From Octopus bimaculoides (lineage: Eukaryota): 64,000 nucleotides of DNA. Within the stretch, counting starts at the first letter, position 1. Each line of letters opens with the position of its first letter. Shown here piece by piece: positions 24,464 to 36,275 of this stretch. Under the pieces are notes generated by a model, which was given only the letters and a program-made list of their open reading frames with translations, had not been told where the DNA came from and did no database searches. The stretch covers positions 10,481,778-10,545,777 of the forward strand of contig NC_068981.1 in NCBI RefSeq assembly GCF_001194135.2, written 5' to 3'. A program made the translations under genes and the position numbers.

Positions 24464-25307
24464 CTACAAACAAGAAAAGAAAGGAAAAGTGTAATAATTA
24501 AATCAAACTATAAAATCATAATACTTCAATGATCAACAAGTCATTAACATCTCTCCTGTTAATCACCATCATTTAACATTCATTCTTCCATGCTTGCATG
24601 GGTCAGATGAAATCTGTTGAGGCAGATCTTCTTCAGTAGGATGCCCTTCTTGTTACCAATCCTCACCTATTTCCAAGGTAATATTTTTCCATGGCCAGAC
24701 AAGTTTCACGCAGAAGACAGAAAATGAACAATACAATTTGTATGATGTTGAGACAAGGGTACACACATACAAAGGGCTTCTTCCAACTTCCATCAATGAA
24801 ATCCATTCACAAGGATTTGGTCAGCTCAGGACTAAAGTAGAAAACACTTGCCTATGGTGCCATGGAGTCGGATTGAACCTGGAACCATGTGGTTTGCGGA
24901 GCAAACTTCTCGTGTAGTCATTAGACTGCAGCCATGCTGGGGCACTGCCTTGAAGAATCGCCCCTGATGCATATTATTTTGTTTAAGCCTGGTACTTATT
25001 CTATCAATCGTTTTGCCAAACTGCTAAGTTACAGGGACATAAACACACCAATACCGGTTATCAAGCAATGGGGGTGGACACACACAAGCAAACACACATT
25101 TATACAACAGGGCTACATTCAGTTTCTGTCTACCAAATCCACTCCCAAGGCTATAGTAGAAGACACTTGCCCAAGGTGCCACACAGTGGGACTGAACCCG
25201 GAACCATTTGGTGGGGAAACAAACTTCTTACCATATGCATATTAGTTCTCAGAAAGGGTGAAAAACAAGATATAAAAGAATAAATAAATAAAGCAAACAG
25301 TACGTAC

Positions 25308-25504
25308 CAACAATTCTGCGATTGTCATCTGTTCGAAGTCGGATTATCTGCATTTTGGAGCTGGCACCTCCAGGTAATGATGCAAGCACACTCTCTACTT
25401 TACTCCAGACACTAAGGACTGAACCACTTAGTACGTGGTAAGTCCTTGTACGTAAACCTATTTCACAATGTAATCCCATGCTTGTCTTTTTACAATTTCC
25501 TTTC
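25308..25504 (-). CDS. SBNO1: SBNO1 exon: [66 protein letters not shown]
   Basis: 197 nt; C-terminal conserved block. Confidence 0.96.
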
Positions 25505-26092
25505 CTATAATCAAGAAAAAAAGCATGTCTTAAGTAATAATACGCATCATGATCATCAACAACATATTGTTTTAATGTCCACTTTCTCATGCTTGCATGG
25601 GTGCGGTGAAATTTGTTGAGAACGAGTTTCTACAGTCAGATGCTCTTCCAGTCACCAACTCGTTTCCAAGTAAGGTAATATCCCCTCCCACCAAGGCTGG
25701 GCATGTTCTTCATGGAAAATTGGAAATGAATGACACCTCTTGTATGACAGTGACACTCACTTACAGCTATGGGGTGATGTCAAAGCAAAGAGACGCGTAC
25801 ACATACAATGGGCTTATTTCAGTTCCCATCTACCAAATTCACTCACAAGGCTTTGGGCCAACGCAAGGACTGAACCTGAAGCCATGTGATTTGAAAGTGA
25901 ACTTCTTGACCAAACCAAGCATATATAGAAAAAGAACAAGAAAACTAGGTCTACTTTATACTAGTTAGTAGTTATTGTGATAAAAAGGTGATTCAAAAGG
26001 TTAGCATCGGGAAGGCTTCCAGCTTTCTGATGCTACCTCAAAAAGCCCTTTCAACGTATGCCACCAAAGAAAATTAAGCACCAAAACTTATA

Positions 26093-26512
26093 GTGAGTCC
26101 ATCCATCATTGTCGACAATGATCAAGGATGTCACATGGGAGAAGATGGTGAACGGTGTGTCCAGCTGTGACCAGTCAGTCTGTTGCATGTATGGAAGGCT
26201 CTGCTGCAGTTCGGCCACTGGTGGTCTGCAGGGGCAAAGAGTTTGTTCCAGACTTGCACAGTTCATGTCTTTCTTTTTTTTGTGCCCCTGCAATCCTGTA
26301 CCATATGTGTAGGAGCTGGCACCTCTGTTGATGTAGCTTCGCTAGGCAGGGTGGCCTGGAGTTCATATTCCCCAAGTGTCAGAGAGGCAAGTGCACACAA
26401 GGTAGACAGAAGAAACGCTTCAAGGATACACTCAAAGCCTCACTCAATCAAGAGCTTTGAGATCAACCTGACAAGTGGGAAACACAAGCACAAGACCACC
26501 CTGCTTGGCAAA
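26093..26512 (-). mobile_element. RTE-BovB-like LINE 3' fragment with inverted 5' segment, flanked by TSD
   Basis: 3' part on - (26093-26360), upstream part on + (26361-26512: QKKRFKDTLKASL..WETQAQDHPAW); TSD ACCAAAACT(T)ATA. Confidence 0.75.
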
Positions 26513-27149
26513 ACCAAAACTATACACACACACACACACGCGCTTTTTATTTATTTTTTTATTATTAATTCATTAATTAACATCCATTTTCCATGCTGAC
26601 AAGGGTTGGATGAGTTGACCAGAACTGGCAAGGCCAGGACACACATCAGCTTCCATAGTCTGTATTGGTTTGGTTTCTACAGCTGGTGCCTTTCCTAATA
26701 TCAACCATTTTACAGAGGGTGCCGAGTGCTTTTTTCTGTGGTACCGTCAGCAGTGCTTTCTAAATGACACTGGCATTGATGCTTAATTCTTTTAAATTAC
26801 TTACAAGATTGCCTCCTCCAAAGCCCCCTCCCTTCTTGAAAGTTTTTTATCTTGCAAGTACTTGGTGACCCTGTCAGTGCAAGGGCCACTTAAAAAGCAT
26901 CCAGACCACACTGTAAAGTGGTTGGTGTTAGGAAAGGCATCCAGCTGTAAAAACCTTGCCAAAACCGACCTTCCCTGTTTTTGTGCCCTGTAAAAAGCAC
27001 TAAGCCCACTCTGCTGAGTGGTTGGTGTTAGGAAGAGCACCCAGCTGTAAAAATCTGGCCAAAACAGTCACAGAAGTCTGGTGCAGGCTTCTGCCTGGCT
27101 GGCTCTTGTGAAACCCTCCCACCCATGCTAGCATGGAAGGCAGACGTTA

Positions 27150-27484
27150 CTCAAAGAAATTCCAATTTTGTCTGATTTTCACGTTTTATTTACAATCTTA
27201 TAATAATATAATATAATGAAATGATAGAATATTAAATGTGTATTCAGACTTAACTAGTACTTTCATGCATTAGACTAGGCAACCTTCAAGTTCATGTAGT
27301 ATTGGAGACAGTTATGTTTCACGATTGTCACCACTATTAAATGGATCTGAAGATTGCATAGTTTAATGCATGAAAGTAGTCAGAATGGACATTTAATATT
27401 CTATCATTTCATTTCACTATATTATATTATATTATTATAAGATTGTAAATAAAACGTGAAAATCAAAGTTGGAATTTCTTTGAG
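27150..27484. mobile_element. TA-flanked foldback MITE with ~130-bp TIRs, inserted in an RTE tail
   Basis: ctcaaagaaattccaa...gcattagacta vs tagtttaatgc...ttggaatttctttgag. Confidence 0.85.
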
Positions 27485-27885
27485 TAATATATTCTTCTAT
27501 TCACAATCATACACACCCTTGTGTGTGTGTGTATCATCATCATCATTTAATGTCCACTCTCCATGCTAGCATGGTTTTGATGGTTTGATATGGAGCTGTC
27601 CAAACTTCAACTGTCTGTTGTGGTGTGGTGTGGTTTCTATGGCTGGATGTCCTTCCTAACACCATAGTCTTAAATCATTCTTCTCTTCTGATAGACTTAT
27701 CAATGTTGTGATATTATAGACCATATAATTGATCTCAATCTCATTCATACATTAAAAGAAATGCAAAAACAAAAAAAAAAAAAACAGCCTGACAAGAAAC
27801 AAAACAAAATTACTTAATGTTAAAAAAAAAAACAAAAGAAAAACAAAAAGCTCTTTGAAGCATCTTGTTTACATTAACTACATAC

Positions 27886-27962
27886 CAGTAAGCATGGATA
27901 CATGTTTTTGCTGAAGAGTGATATTGATCATTCCACCAACTGTGTGCTTCATCTGGCATCAC
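27886..27962 (-). CDS. SBNO1: SBNO1 exon: VMPDEAHSWWNDQYHSSAKTCIHAYW
   Basis: 77 nt; QY.SSA.TC.HAYW conserved. Confidence 0.94.
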
Positions 27963-28473
27963 CTTTATTATAAGAAATATAGAGAAAAAACTGAGTCAGG
28001 CGTAAACAGACACCAATGACATTTATACAATATTTTATGAAAACTTCGGCTCAAATATTCTACCTGTTTTATGATCAAACCAGCCAGTTTTGGCTTCTCA
28101 CACATGCCCTACATTGTCAGTCTAAAAATATATAACTGCATCATCAAAATTATGAGACAATGCATGATTAATTGAAAACAATGTAAACAAGAGCACTCAG
28201 AGAGCGCAAACCTCTGCCAACGCAACACCAACGTCCTCTCTACATAGTTGCTTCATCTGCTAGAAAGAGCAACCAAATTAAAATAATATACACAAAAAGT
28301 CTAGAAAAAAGAAGACCCCATTGGCCCTAGCTCAATGACTCTAGATAAAAGGTTTGCAGGATCAAGATTGACTTAGGGGCTACCCAACAGCCGCAACACC
28401 CCAAGTGTGTTGACAAATCACACACTAAAGCAAGATTGTCTCTAAATCTACACAAACAACACAATGGTATTAC

Positions 28474-28620
28474 CTTCTTGAATTTCTTCTTCAACTCAGC
28501 TGGTGTTTCTGAACGAGGCTGTAAACCAGTATTTGGACGGTAGACGTGGTACATCCTCTCTTTCTTCTTCACCGATGTTGGCATAACAGCAAGCACAGCG
28601 GTCTTTTTACCATTTCTCAT
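28474..28620 (-). CDS. SBNO1: SBNO1 exon: MRNGKKTAVLAVMPTSVKKKERMYHVYRPNTGLQPRSETPAELKKKFKK
   Basis: 147 nt; VYRPNTG signature. Confidence 0.95.
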
Positions 28621-28636
28621 CTTTGAAAGAAACAGA

Positions 28637-28669
<33 letters not shown>

Positions 28670-29115
28670 GCCTTTGTACTTGGAAATTNNNNNNNNNNNN
28701 NNNNNNNNNNNNNNNNNNNNNNNNNNNNNNNNNNNNNNNNNNNNNNNNNNNNNNNNNNNNNNNNNNNNNNNNNNNNNNNNNNNNNNNNNNNNNNNNNNNN
28801 NNNNNNNNNNNNNNNNNNNNNNNNNNNNNNNNNNNNNNNNNNNNNNNNNNNNNNNNNNNNNNNNNNNNNNNNNGGGGGGGGGGAGCTAGCCGATTACATC
28901 GACCCCAGTCCTCAACTGGTACTTATGTTAACATATTTACTACTATGATGCATCAGGCAAATTTCCTAACTCTTTCATTCCTTAAGACTACCAAAAAGTC
29001 GTCATACACAGTAGTTCAAGCCACCCCAAAAATATATTCATTCAAGGTAAAGTAATTTTACCCAACCAACAACAACAACAAAAAATAAAAAGGGAAAAAT
29101 ATGTAGACCACAGAC

Positions 29116-29208
29116 CTGTGCTGATAGATAAAATCCATCATCTGAACCCTTGCATTCTTTCCAAATATCTATTGCTTGATTCCAGGACAATCCACGCTCC
29201 ACACTTAC
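29116..29208 (-). CDS. SBNO1: SBNO1 exon: [31 protein letters not shown]
   Basis: 93 nt; VERG.SW and DDGFYLS conserved. Confidence 0.94.
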
Positions 29209-29410
29209 CTAGAAAATGAATCAAAATGCAAGAAGAGTGAGAAAGAGAAGGAAAAGAATAGACAGCAAAACGATTTCATATTGAACAAACAGAGTGGTGA
29301 TGGTGGAGGAGGACAAGCAGCAGCAGGTGTGCTTCCTTGGCAAATAATACATTTTTAGTGTCCTCTCTTCCTTACATAGCAAGGTTAATTATCAGAAACA
29401 CACAAACATC

Positions 29411-29441
<31 letters not shown>

Positions 29442-30163
29442 TGATGTTAAAATGTCTTACAGTTAAGTTGGATCCTATGTATTTCCCTGAAGAGAAGATT
29501 ACATCTTTATTAACATCACTCATTCCTTTGGAAGGAACCATTTGTAATCTTCGAAACATATGTCGGAAATAAAAGAATTCATTTAACATATGCGTATTAC
29601 TCCATTTATTAAATTTTTATATTTACTCAAATACCCAAAATAACAGGGAGTTTCTACCTCATAAACAGGAGTTACACCAGTCATTTTGTGATCTTTGCTA
29701 CCCTGGTATCTATTAACCAATTTATTTTGTCGGAGTTAATTATTAACTAAGAGAAAATAAATACATATATATACAATATAAACTGTAATTTTTGTATAAT
29801 ATAATACATGTAAATTTATAACTTCATCATACCGTATATATTTACCCATTATATGTTATATCATAATGTACGTTTATATATCGTAATGTTTTAACTTTGT
29901 CCCATTTTTATACAACTTGGAAATCATGCATGTTTATAAATATTTTTTTAATAAATATTTTGAACATTCATGATTTTTCGAAAGTTTTTAGTGTTGTATT
30001 TGCCTGTCTTTTTACCTTACCTTTTAGACACTTTAGAGACTGAATACTATAAATTTATTTGTTGATTCTTGAAGGAATTGAACACACATATTATATCTTG
30101 CGTTGGACATATGGTATTATTCCTGTGGTTTTCCACCCTTATGTATCTATTTTTACTATAAGC

Positions 30164-30194
<31 letters not shown>

Positions 30195-30212
30195 ATATAT
30201 ATATATATATTC

Positions 30213-30401
30213 TTTTATTTGTTTCAGTCATTTGTCTGCGGCTATGCTGGAGCAACACCTTTAGTCGAACAAATTGACCTCAGGACTTACTCTTTTTAAG
30301 CCTAGTACTTATTCTATCAGTCTCTTTTGCTAAAGTGCTAACTGGTGAGGACGTAAACACACCCACATTGATTGTCAAGTGATGGTGGGGAGCACAAACA
30401 G

Positions 30402-30433
<32 letters not shown>

Positions 30434-30597
30434 GATGGGCTTCTTTCGGTTTCCGCCTACCAAATCTACTCACAAGACTTTGGTCAGCCTGAGGCTATAG
30501 TAGAAGACACTTGCCCAAGGTGTCAAGCAGTGGGACTGAACCCAGAGCCATGTAGTTGGTAAGCAAGCTACTTACCACACAGCTACTCCTGCGCCTA
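30213..30597 (-). mobile_element. SINE family A, full length
   Basis: Family sequence with head at 30597 and A-rich tail at 30213. Confidence 0.85.
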
Positions 30598-31358
30598 TAT
30601 ACATATATATATACGCATATACATATCAATGAATGATTAATCAACCCAATTCGACTAATAAAATTTGTAAGAGTAAAAATATTTGCCAATCTTAAAATGC
30701 TGCCACATAATGGTAACTCATGCATTGAACAAAGTTACTAAGATTGTTTGGGTGATGTGAACAGTGTCTCATAGAAACAAGAGGAAGATGAAATTCAATA
30801 AATTTACACATAAAAGTTTCTAAAAATTATGAACCTTTTTGACACCAAGCCATCAGAGATCAACCTTAGTTCTATGATACAAGCTTTCTGTTTTAATCCT
30901 TTAGCACTTAGACTGGCCATATCCAGCCCAAATATGCTGTCTGTTTTATGTTCTAACCAGCCAAATCCAGCCTATCACACCTACCCTTCAATGCCATTAT
31001 AAAATATACTATCACATCATGAAAATTCTGAAGCTACAAAGTAATGCATGATTAATTAAAAACAATTTGAATAAAAAAGTATTACATTTGACAGAATAAT
31101 TTGAATGTTAAAAGGTTAAAGTGAACTAAATTTAAGCCTTCTATCAAAAAGTTTCATGTTAATACAAGTTCCAAACACCAGCTTAATAATGGCAGATATT
31201 TCACTGCATTTTTCATTGTTTTCCAAATTAATCGAAACAATGGCAGTGTACTGCAACAGAAATATGGGAACAAAAGAGAAAAAAGTTCAAAATAAAGAAT
31301 CTAGCAAGAATTTGTTCAATCCTACGAATTCAAGATGAAACAAAAAGATAAAACTCAC

Positions 31359-31453
31359 TGTATGCAACTCGGTTCTAGCTTTGTTCAAATCAGTGTTGCC
31401 AACAAATATTTTAGATTCCAATTTTTTTACGCTTTCTCCTCCAGAACCCAAAT
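31359..31453 (-). CDS. SBNO1: SBNO1 exon: DLGSGGESVKKLESKIFVGNTDLNKARTELHT
   Basis: 95 nt, AG/GTGAGT. Confidence 0.93.
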
Positions 31454-31783
31454 CTAAAGAAAACAACAAAATAAAAAGACAATGGTTAGGAATGAATTCA
31501 TTTCTTTCAAATTAAAACAAGGCAGACGAAAAAAGCAATCTAACCACAGGTGTAGATATGGCTGTGTGGTCGAGAAGCTTACTTCACAACCCTGTGCTTT
31601 TTGGTTCAATCCCAGTGTGCAACAACTTGAGCAAGTGTCATCTACAGTAGTCTCAAGTTGACCAATGCTTTGTGAAGGAGTTTATAGGCAGAAACTGTGA
31701 AGAAGCCTTCCATGTGTGTGTGTGTGTGTGTGTGTGCGCGTCACCACCACTTGACAGCTGATATTGGCTTATGTCCCTGGAAC

Positions 31784-32192
31784 CACGGTTGTGGAGTCAG
31801 AGTTGTGGAGTTGGAAACAATTAAGGAGTAACTGGAGTCAGAGTAAGTAAGACTATATGGATTCTGACTCTGACTCACAATATATTTATTCTTTAATTTA
31901 TATTAAAGAATAAATATAACATATAGGCCCACTCAAAGTACAAGCATATGCATAAGCTTTTTTGAGATATGTAGACTACAATCACTTAATTACAAGAGCA
32001 TCCAGCTGTAGAAACTCTGCCAAATCAGATTGGAGCCTGGTGTAGCCATCTGGTTCACCAGTTCTCAGTCAAATTGTCCAACCCATGCTAGCATGGAAAG
32101 CGGACATTAAACGACGATGATGATGATGATGAAGAGTCAGAGGTGCCAATAGTAGAGGAGTCAGAGTTTTTTGTTTTAACTCCACAGCTCTG
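31784..32192. mobile_element. hAT-type MITE (GGAGTC-repeat ends) nested in a SINE A copy (31548-32335) and carrying an RTE tail
   Basis: Ends cacggttgtggagt / actccacagctctg; 8-bp TSD cctggaac / cctgtaac. Confidence 0.75.
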
Positions 32193-32589
32193 CCTGTAAC
32201 TTAGTAGTTCAACAAGAAAGATCAACAGAATAAGTATCAGACTTTAGATAACTGCTGGGATTGATCTGATCAACTGGAATCTTTTCAAGGCGGTGCCCCA
32301 GCAGGGCCACAATCCAACGACTGTAAATAAAAGATGTAAGTTCAAACTGATTGAACTTTTAATTCCTAGTTTCATAAACTTACGGTTTCTTAGACGTTGT
32401 CAGCCGGGAGAATGAACCAATGTAAATTGTATAGGAATGCAACAAGACAGCCATTTCAGGATTTGAAAAGCTGACTTTTGGTAACAAGCCAGTGGTGTCG
32501 TTAAGTCTTTTTACTATTAAGCAGAGCAGCAATAAAGGAAAAAAAAACCAACATTGCTTCTAGTGTGTAAACTTCTGTACAGTACTCAC

Positions 32590-32736
32590 CCACAATACCC
32601 ATGTCCCAGCGTCCATTTCTCTTGGCATCCAAGATAATAGCTGTTAGTGTCTCTGAGAAGTATTTAAATAGAGAATTCTGCTGTTCCACAGGCATTCCAA
32701 GGATTCTGTTTAAGAACTTACTGATGTTATTATATT
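32590..32736 (-). CDS. SBNO1: SBNO1 exon: [49 protein letters not shown]
   Basis: 147 nt; KFLNRILGM signature. Confidence 0.96.
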
Positions 32737-32846
32737 CTGAAGAGAAAAGAAAAAATCAAGGTTATTAATCAAAGAAGTGAAATCTAACAAAAAGCAGGCA
32801 TTACAAGAAGTCTCTGAAAACCTTTTAAAAGATAAAACCAGAGTAC

Positions 32847-32921
32847 CTTTTTCTAAGAGGGGCGTTCCAAGACGTTCATCTACAGCTATCATGCCAACAC
32901 CAATCAATGAATTCTTGATAT
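32847..32921 (-). CDS. SBNO1: SBNO1 exon: DIKNSLIGVGMIAVDERLGTPLLEK
   Basis: 75 nt; phases fit. Confidence 0.9.
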
Positions 32922-33206
32922 CTAAAATAATTGAAATAACAACAAAGTCAATCAAAGTATGAAAAAAATACACTTAAAAAAATCATTCAACGATTTCATT
33001 ATTATTGTTGAAGGCAGCAAGCAGGAAAAATCGGTAGCATGCTGGACAAAATGTTTAGTGGTATTTCATTTGTCTTTACGTCCTGAGCGGAAATTCTGCC
33101 GAGGTCAACTTTGCCTTGCATTCTTTTAGGGTCAATAAATTAAGTAGCAGTCAAGCAGTGGGGTCAATGTAATCGACTAGTCCCCTCCCACCAAAATTTC
33201 AAGCCT

Positions 33207-33887
33207 TGCTTTATGAGTTCAATAAAGGCAACAATGCAACAGAAAGTGCGAGGAATATTAATGCAGTATATGGGGATCAGACAATAAGCGTAATCCAGTG
33301 TCAAAAGTGGTTCCAGAAATTCCGAGCTGGAAACTACAGCCTAGAAGACGAGCCTCGTCCTGGAAGATCTGTAAAGCTTGATGAGGACATCCTCTAAAAT
33401 TTGGCGGAACAAAATCCTATCATGACTGTTGAAGAACTAGCAGAGAAGCTTGGATTTGGTCATTCAACCATTCAACGACACCTGTATGCCATTGGAAAAC
33501 GGCCCTCTTTGGTTTCAAGACAAAAAGTGTTCTTCCATCAGGATAATGCTCAACCACATACAATGAGGATAACATTCCAAAGGCTGGAGCAGTTTGAATG
33601 GAAAATGATGCCCCACGCCATATTCACCAGACATGGCCCCAGTCTTCAAAATCATTTGGATGGGAAAAATGTGAATTCTGTAGACGAGGTTAGAACAGTA
33701 CTGGAGGAATATTTTTTGTCATAGACAAGTGAATTTTGGAAGAGGGACCTTGCAAGTCTTCGAGATAGATGGCAGAGCATTGTAGAAAATAAAGGAGAGT
33801 ATATTTTAGATTAAAAAAGAACTTTGTTTATCTTAATTTTGAAAAATAAAAGCATGAAAAAACCGCATTATTTATGGGATGACCCAA
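33207..33887 (+). pseudogene. Mariner transposase relic (HTH N-terminus + deleted catalytic region) with right TIR
   Basis: LYEFNKGNNATESARNI..WFQKFRAGNYSLEDEPRPGR; FHQDNAQPH; ends ttatgggatgacccaa-TA. Confidence 0.88.
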
Positions 33888-34519
33888 TAGTTAAACAATA
33901 TCGGTTAAGATGGAAAAGAAGAAACAGAATCAAGAAAGAAATAGAAATGCATTGTGACCTCCAATAGCCAGGTCAATACAGGTGATTCCAATTGAAATAT
34001 AGGCTTTATTTGAATTCATTTTTGAAACAATGAAAAATTTAATAAGATAACCTTTGATTTTACTAAGTAGATGTTTAAAACATAAATTAACATGAAATTT
34101 TAATTGAAGGTTTTACTGTAAACCGTCACTGTAAAACAGGCATGCCCTCGGGAGGCTTGGTATCAAAAGGATTAAATCAGTAAAACACTCAATCAAGCAG
34201 TGTCCTTGATGTCGCCAGTGTTGTACTGTACTATTTCATGGTGCCTATTTATAATGATATGGTCTGAGCCAGCAAACTCTATGCAGCTTGGTTACAGATA
34301 CAGCACAGAAACAATGATATCCTATCATTGCTTGGATTCTTCAGTCGCCAGTTTGATATGCAGTGAATTCAGCCAGCTTCACCTCCATGGATGATAATTT
34401 GGGAGGGGTTTTTTTTTTAAGATACAAAAACCATTATCCAGACAAAATGAATAAGAATTATGAGAAATTCATAGTTGTTGATTATTTCTTTTTCATAGCT
34501 CAAAATTAAAAGAAATTGA

Positions 34520-34520
<1 letters not shown>

Positions 34521-34569
<49 letters not shown>
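34521..34569. repeat. A49 homopolymer (U-tract on the SBNO1 transcript)
   Basis: Direct count. Confidence 0.9.
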
Positions 34570-34570
<1 letters not shown>

Positions 34571-34585
34571 CATTATATAATTTAC

Positions 34586-34685
34586 CTTCAAAGAAATCTC
34601 CAGAATACTCTGATGGTGTTGCAACAAGTGGAGCTTCATATCTCAGTACAGATTTCATCACTGCTTCCAAAGCAGTTCTGCCATA
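34586..34685 (-). CDS. SBNO1: SBNO1 exon: [33 protein letters not shown]
   Basis: 100 nt; YGR.ALE.VMKS conserved. Confidence 0.94.
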
Positions 34686-35312
34686 CTAAAAGGAAATGTA
34701 AAAACAACTTCAGTCAATGTAATGTCAACAGGAAGATCAACAAGCTCTCTTACAATCAGTTCTTTCTACATACGAGGGAAATTGCATGGCTAAGTGGTTT
34801 GTAGTATTCAGTTCAATATTGTAAATTCGTGAGTTCAATTCTCTACAGCACATTATGTCCTTGAGCAAGACACTACTTCACATTGCTCCAGTCCACTCTG
34901 CAGGCAAAAACGAGGAATACCTGTATTTCAAAGGGCCAGCCTTGTCACACTCTGTATCACACTGAGTCTCCCTGAGAATGATAGTAAGGGCATGCATTTG
35001 TGGAGTACTCAGCCACTTGCACATTAATTTCACGAGCAGGCTGTTCCATTGATTTGATCATCTGGAATGCTCATTGCCATAACCAACAGAGTTGATTACA
35101 TTCACATTTTATTTTTCTGATAAATTTGTCAACAGCATATAAAGGATGGATTTCATTAGCATTAATTAAATGAGGAGTCAAAGTTAAAATTTAATCCAAT
35201 CTCTAAATCAATTTACTTGTATTATATGACTTTCTATCTGAAGAATTTCTAGTAAGAGATATTTTACATGTTTCTCCTACATGTACAATTTCGTAACTCC
35301 TATTCGCAAGGA

Positions 35313-35690
35313 GTGGAGGCGCAATGGCCCAGTGGTTAGGGCAGCGGACTCGTGGTCATAGGATCACAGTTTCGATTCCCAGACCAGGCGTTGTGAGTGT
35401 TTATTGAGTGAAAACACCTAAAGCACTACGAGGCTCCGGCAGGGGATGGTGGCGAACCCTGCTGTACTCTTTCACCACAACTTTCTCTCACTCTTACTTC
35501 CTGTTTCTCTTGTACCTGTAATTCAAAGGGGTCAGCCTTGTCACGCTGAATATCCCTGAGAACTACGTTAAGGGTACACGTGTCTATGGAGTGCTCAGCC
35601 ACTTGCACGTTAATTTCATGAGCAGGCTGTTCCGTTGATCGGATCAACTGGAACCCTCGACGTTGTAAGCGACGGAGTGCCAACAACAAT
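35313..35690 (+). mobile_element. tRNA-derived SINE (Octopus OK-like), near full length
   Basis: A box tggcccagtgg, B box gtttcgattcc, 3' end gacggagtgccaacaacaa; the name is from memory. Confidence 0.75.
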
Positions 35691-35879
35691 TTGCAAGGAG
35701 TTGGTATGGAAAAAATATTTTCAACTCTTATGTGTTCCTCACACAAATGAAACATCTACATACAACTTTGGAGTACTGGAATAAACAGGCGTGCTTTAAG
35801 AGGACACGGCTCTCATTTTTAACCCTATTTACTGTTAAGTGACAGAAAACAGATTTACTAGATCCCAATATTTTGAACT

Positions 35880-36275
35880 CCATAAAGTGTCAATCTCCCA
35901 AAGTAAATGGAACATGAGGAAGTGTAAGACCCAGGAAGACATAGGATGAAGTACTGAAGAACAACCTTAGGACACTGAACCTTTCAGAAGAGATGAGAAA
36001 GGACCGAGATGCTTTGTGCCTTGCTGTACTCAATAGGACCTATACTCCATAGCAGAAGCGCTACGACCGGTCCCTCTAGAGGTGTAAAGCGCTTGTGGCA
36101 GTGCCACATAAAAGCACCCAACACAATCTTTCTGTAAGTTGTTGGCATTAGGAAGAGCATTCAGCCATAGAAACCATGACAAATAAGATTGGATTCTGGT
36201 GCAGCTCTCCAGCTTTGGTCAAGCCATCCAACCCATGACAGCATGGACAACAGACGTTAAGTGGTGATGATGATA
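35880..36275 (+). mobile_element. RTE LINE 3' end with 3' UTR and GAT tail
   Basis: RPRKT*DEVLKNNLRTLNLSEEMRKDRD remnant directly followed by the gggcat(t/c)cagc core. Confidence 0.75.

Noticed and set aside
35313-35395. tRNA gene (also 15020-15092 on -)
   Set aside because: A/B boxes are present, but the sequence continues directly into SINE bodies and I could not form a complete cloverleaf; these are SINE heads
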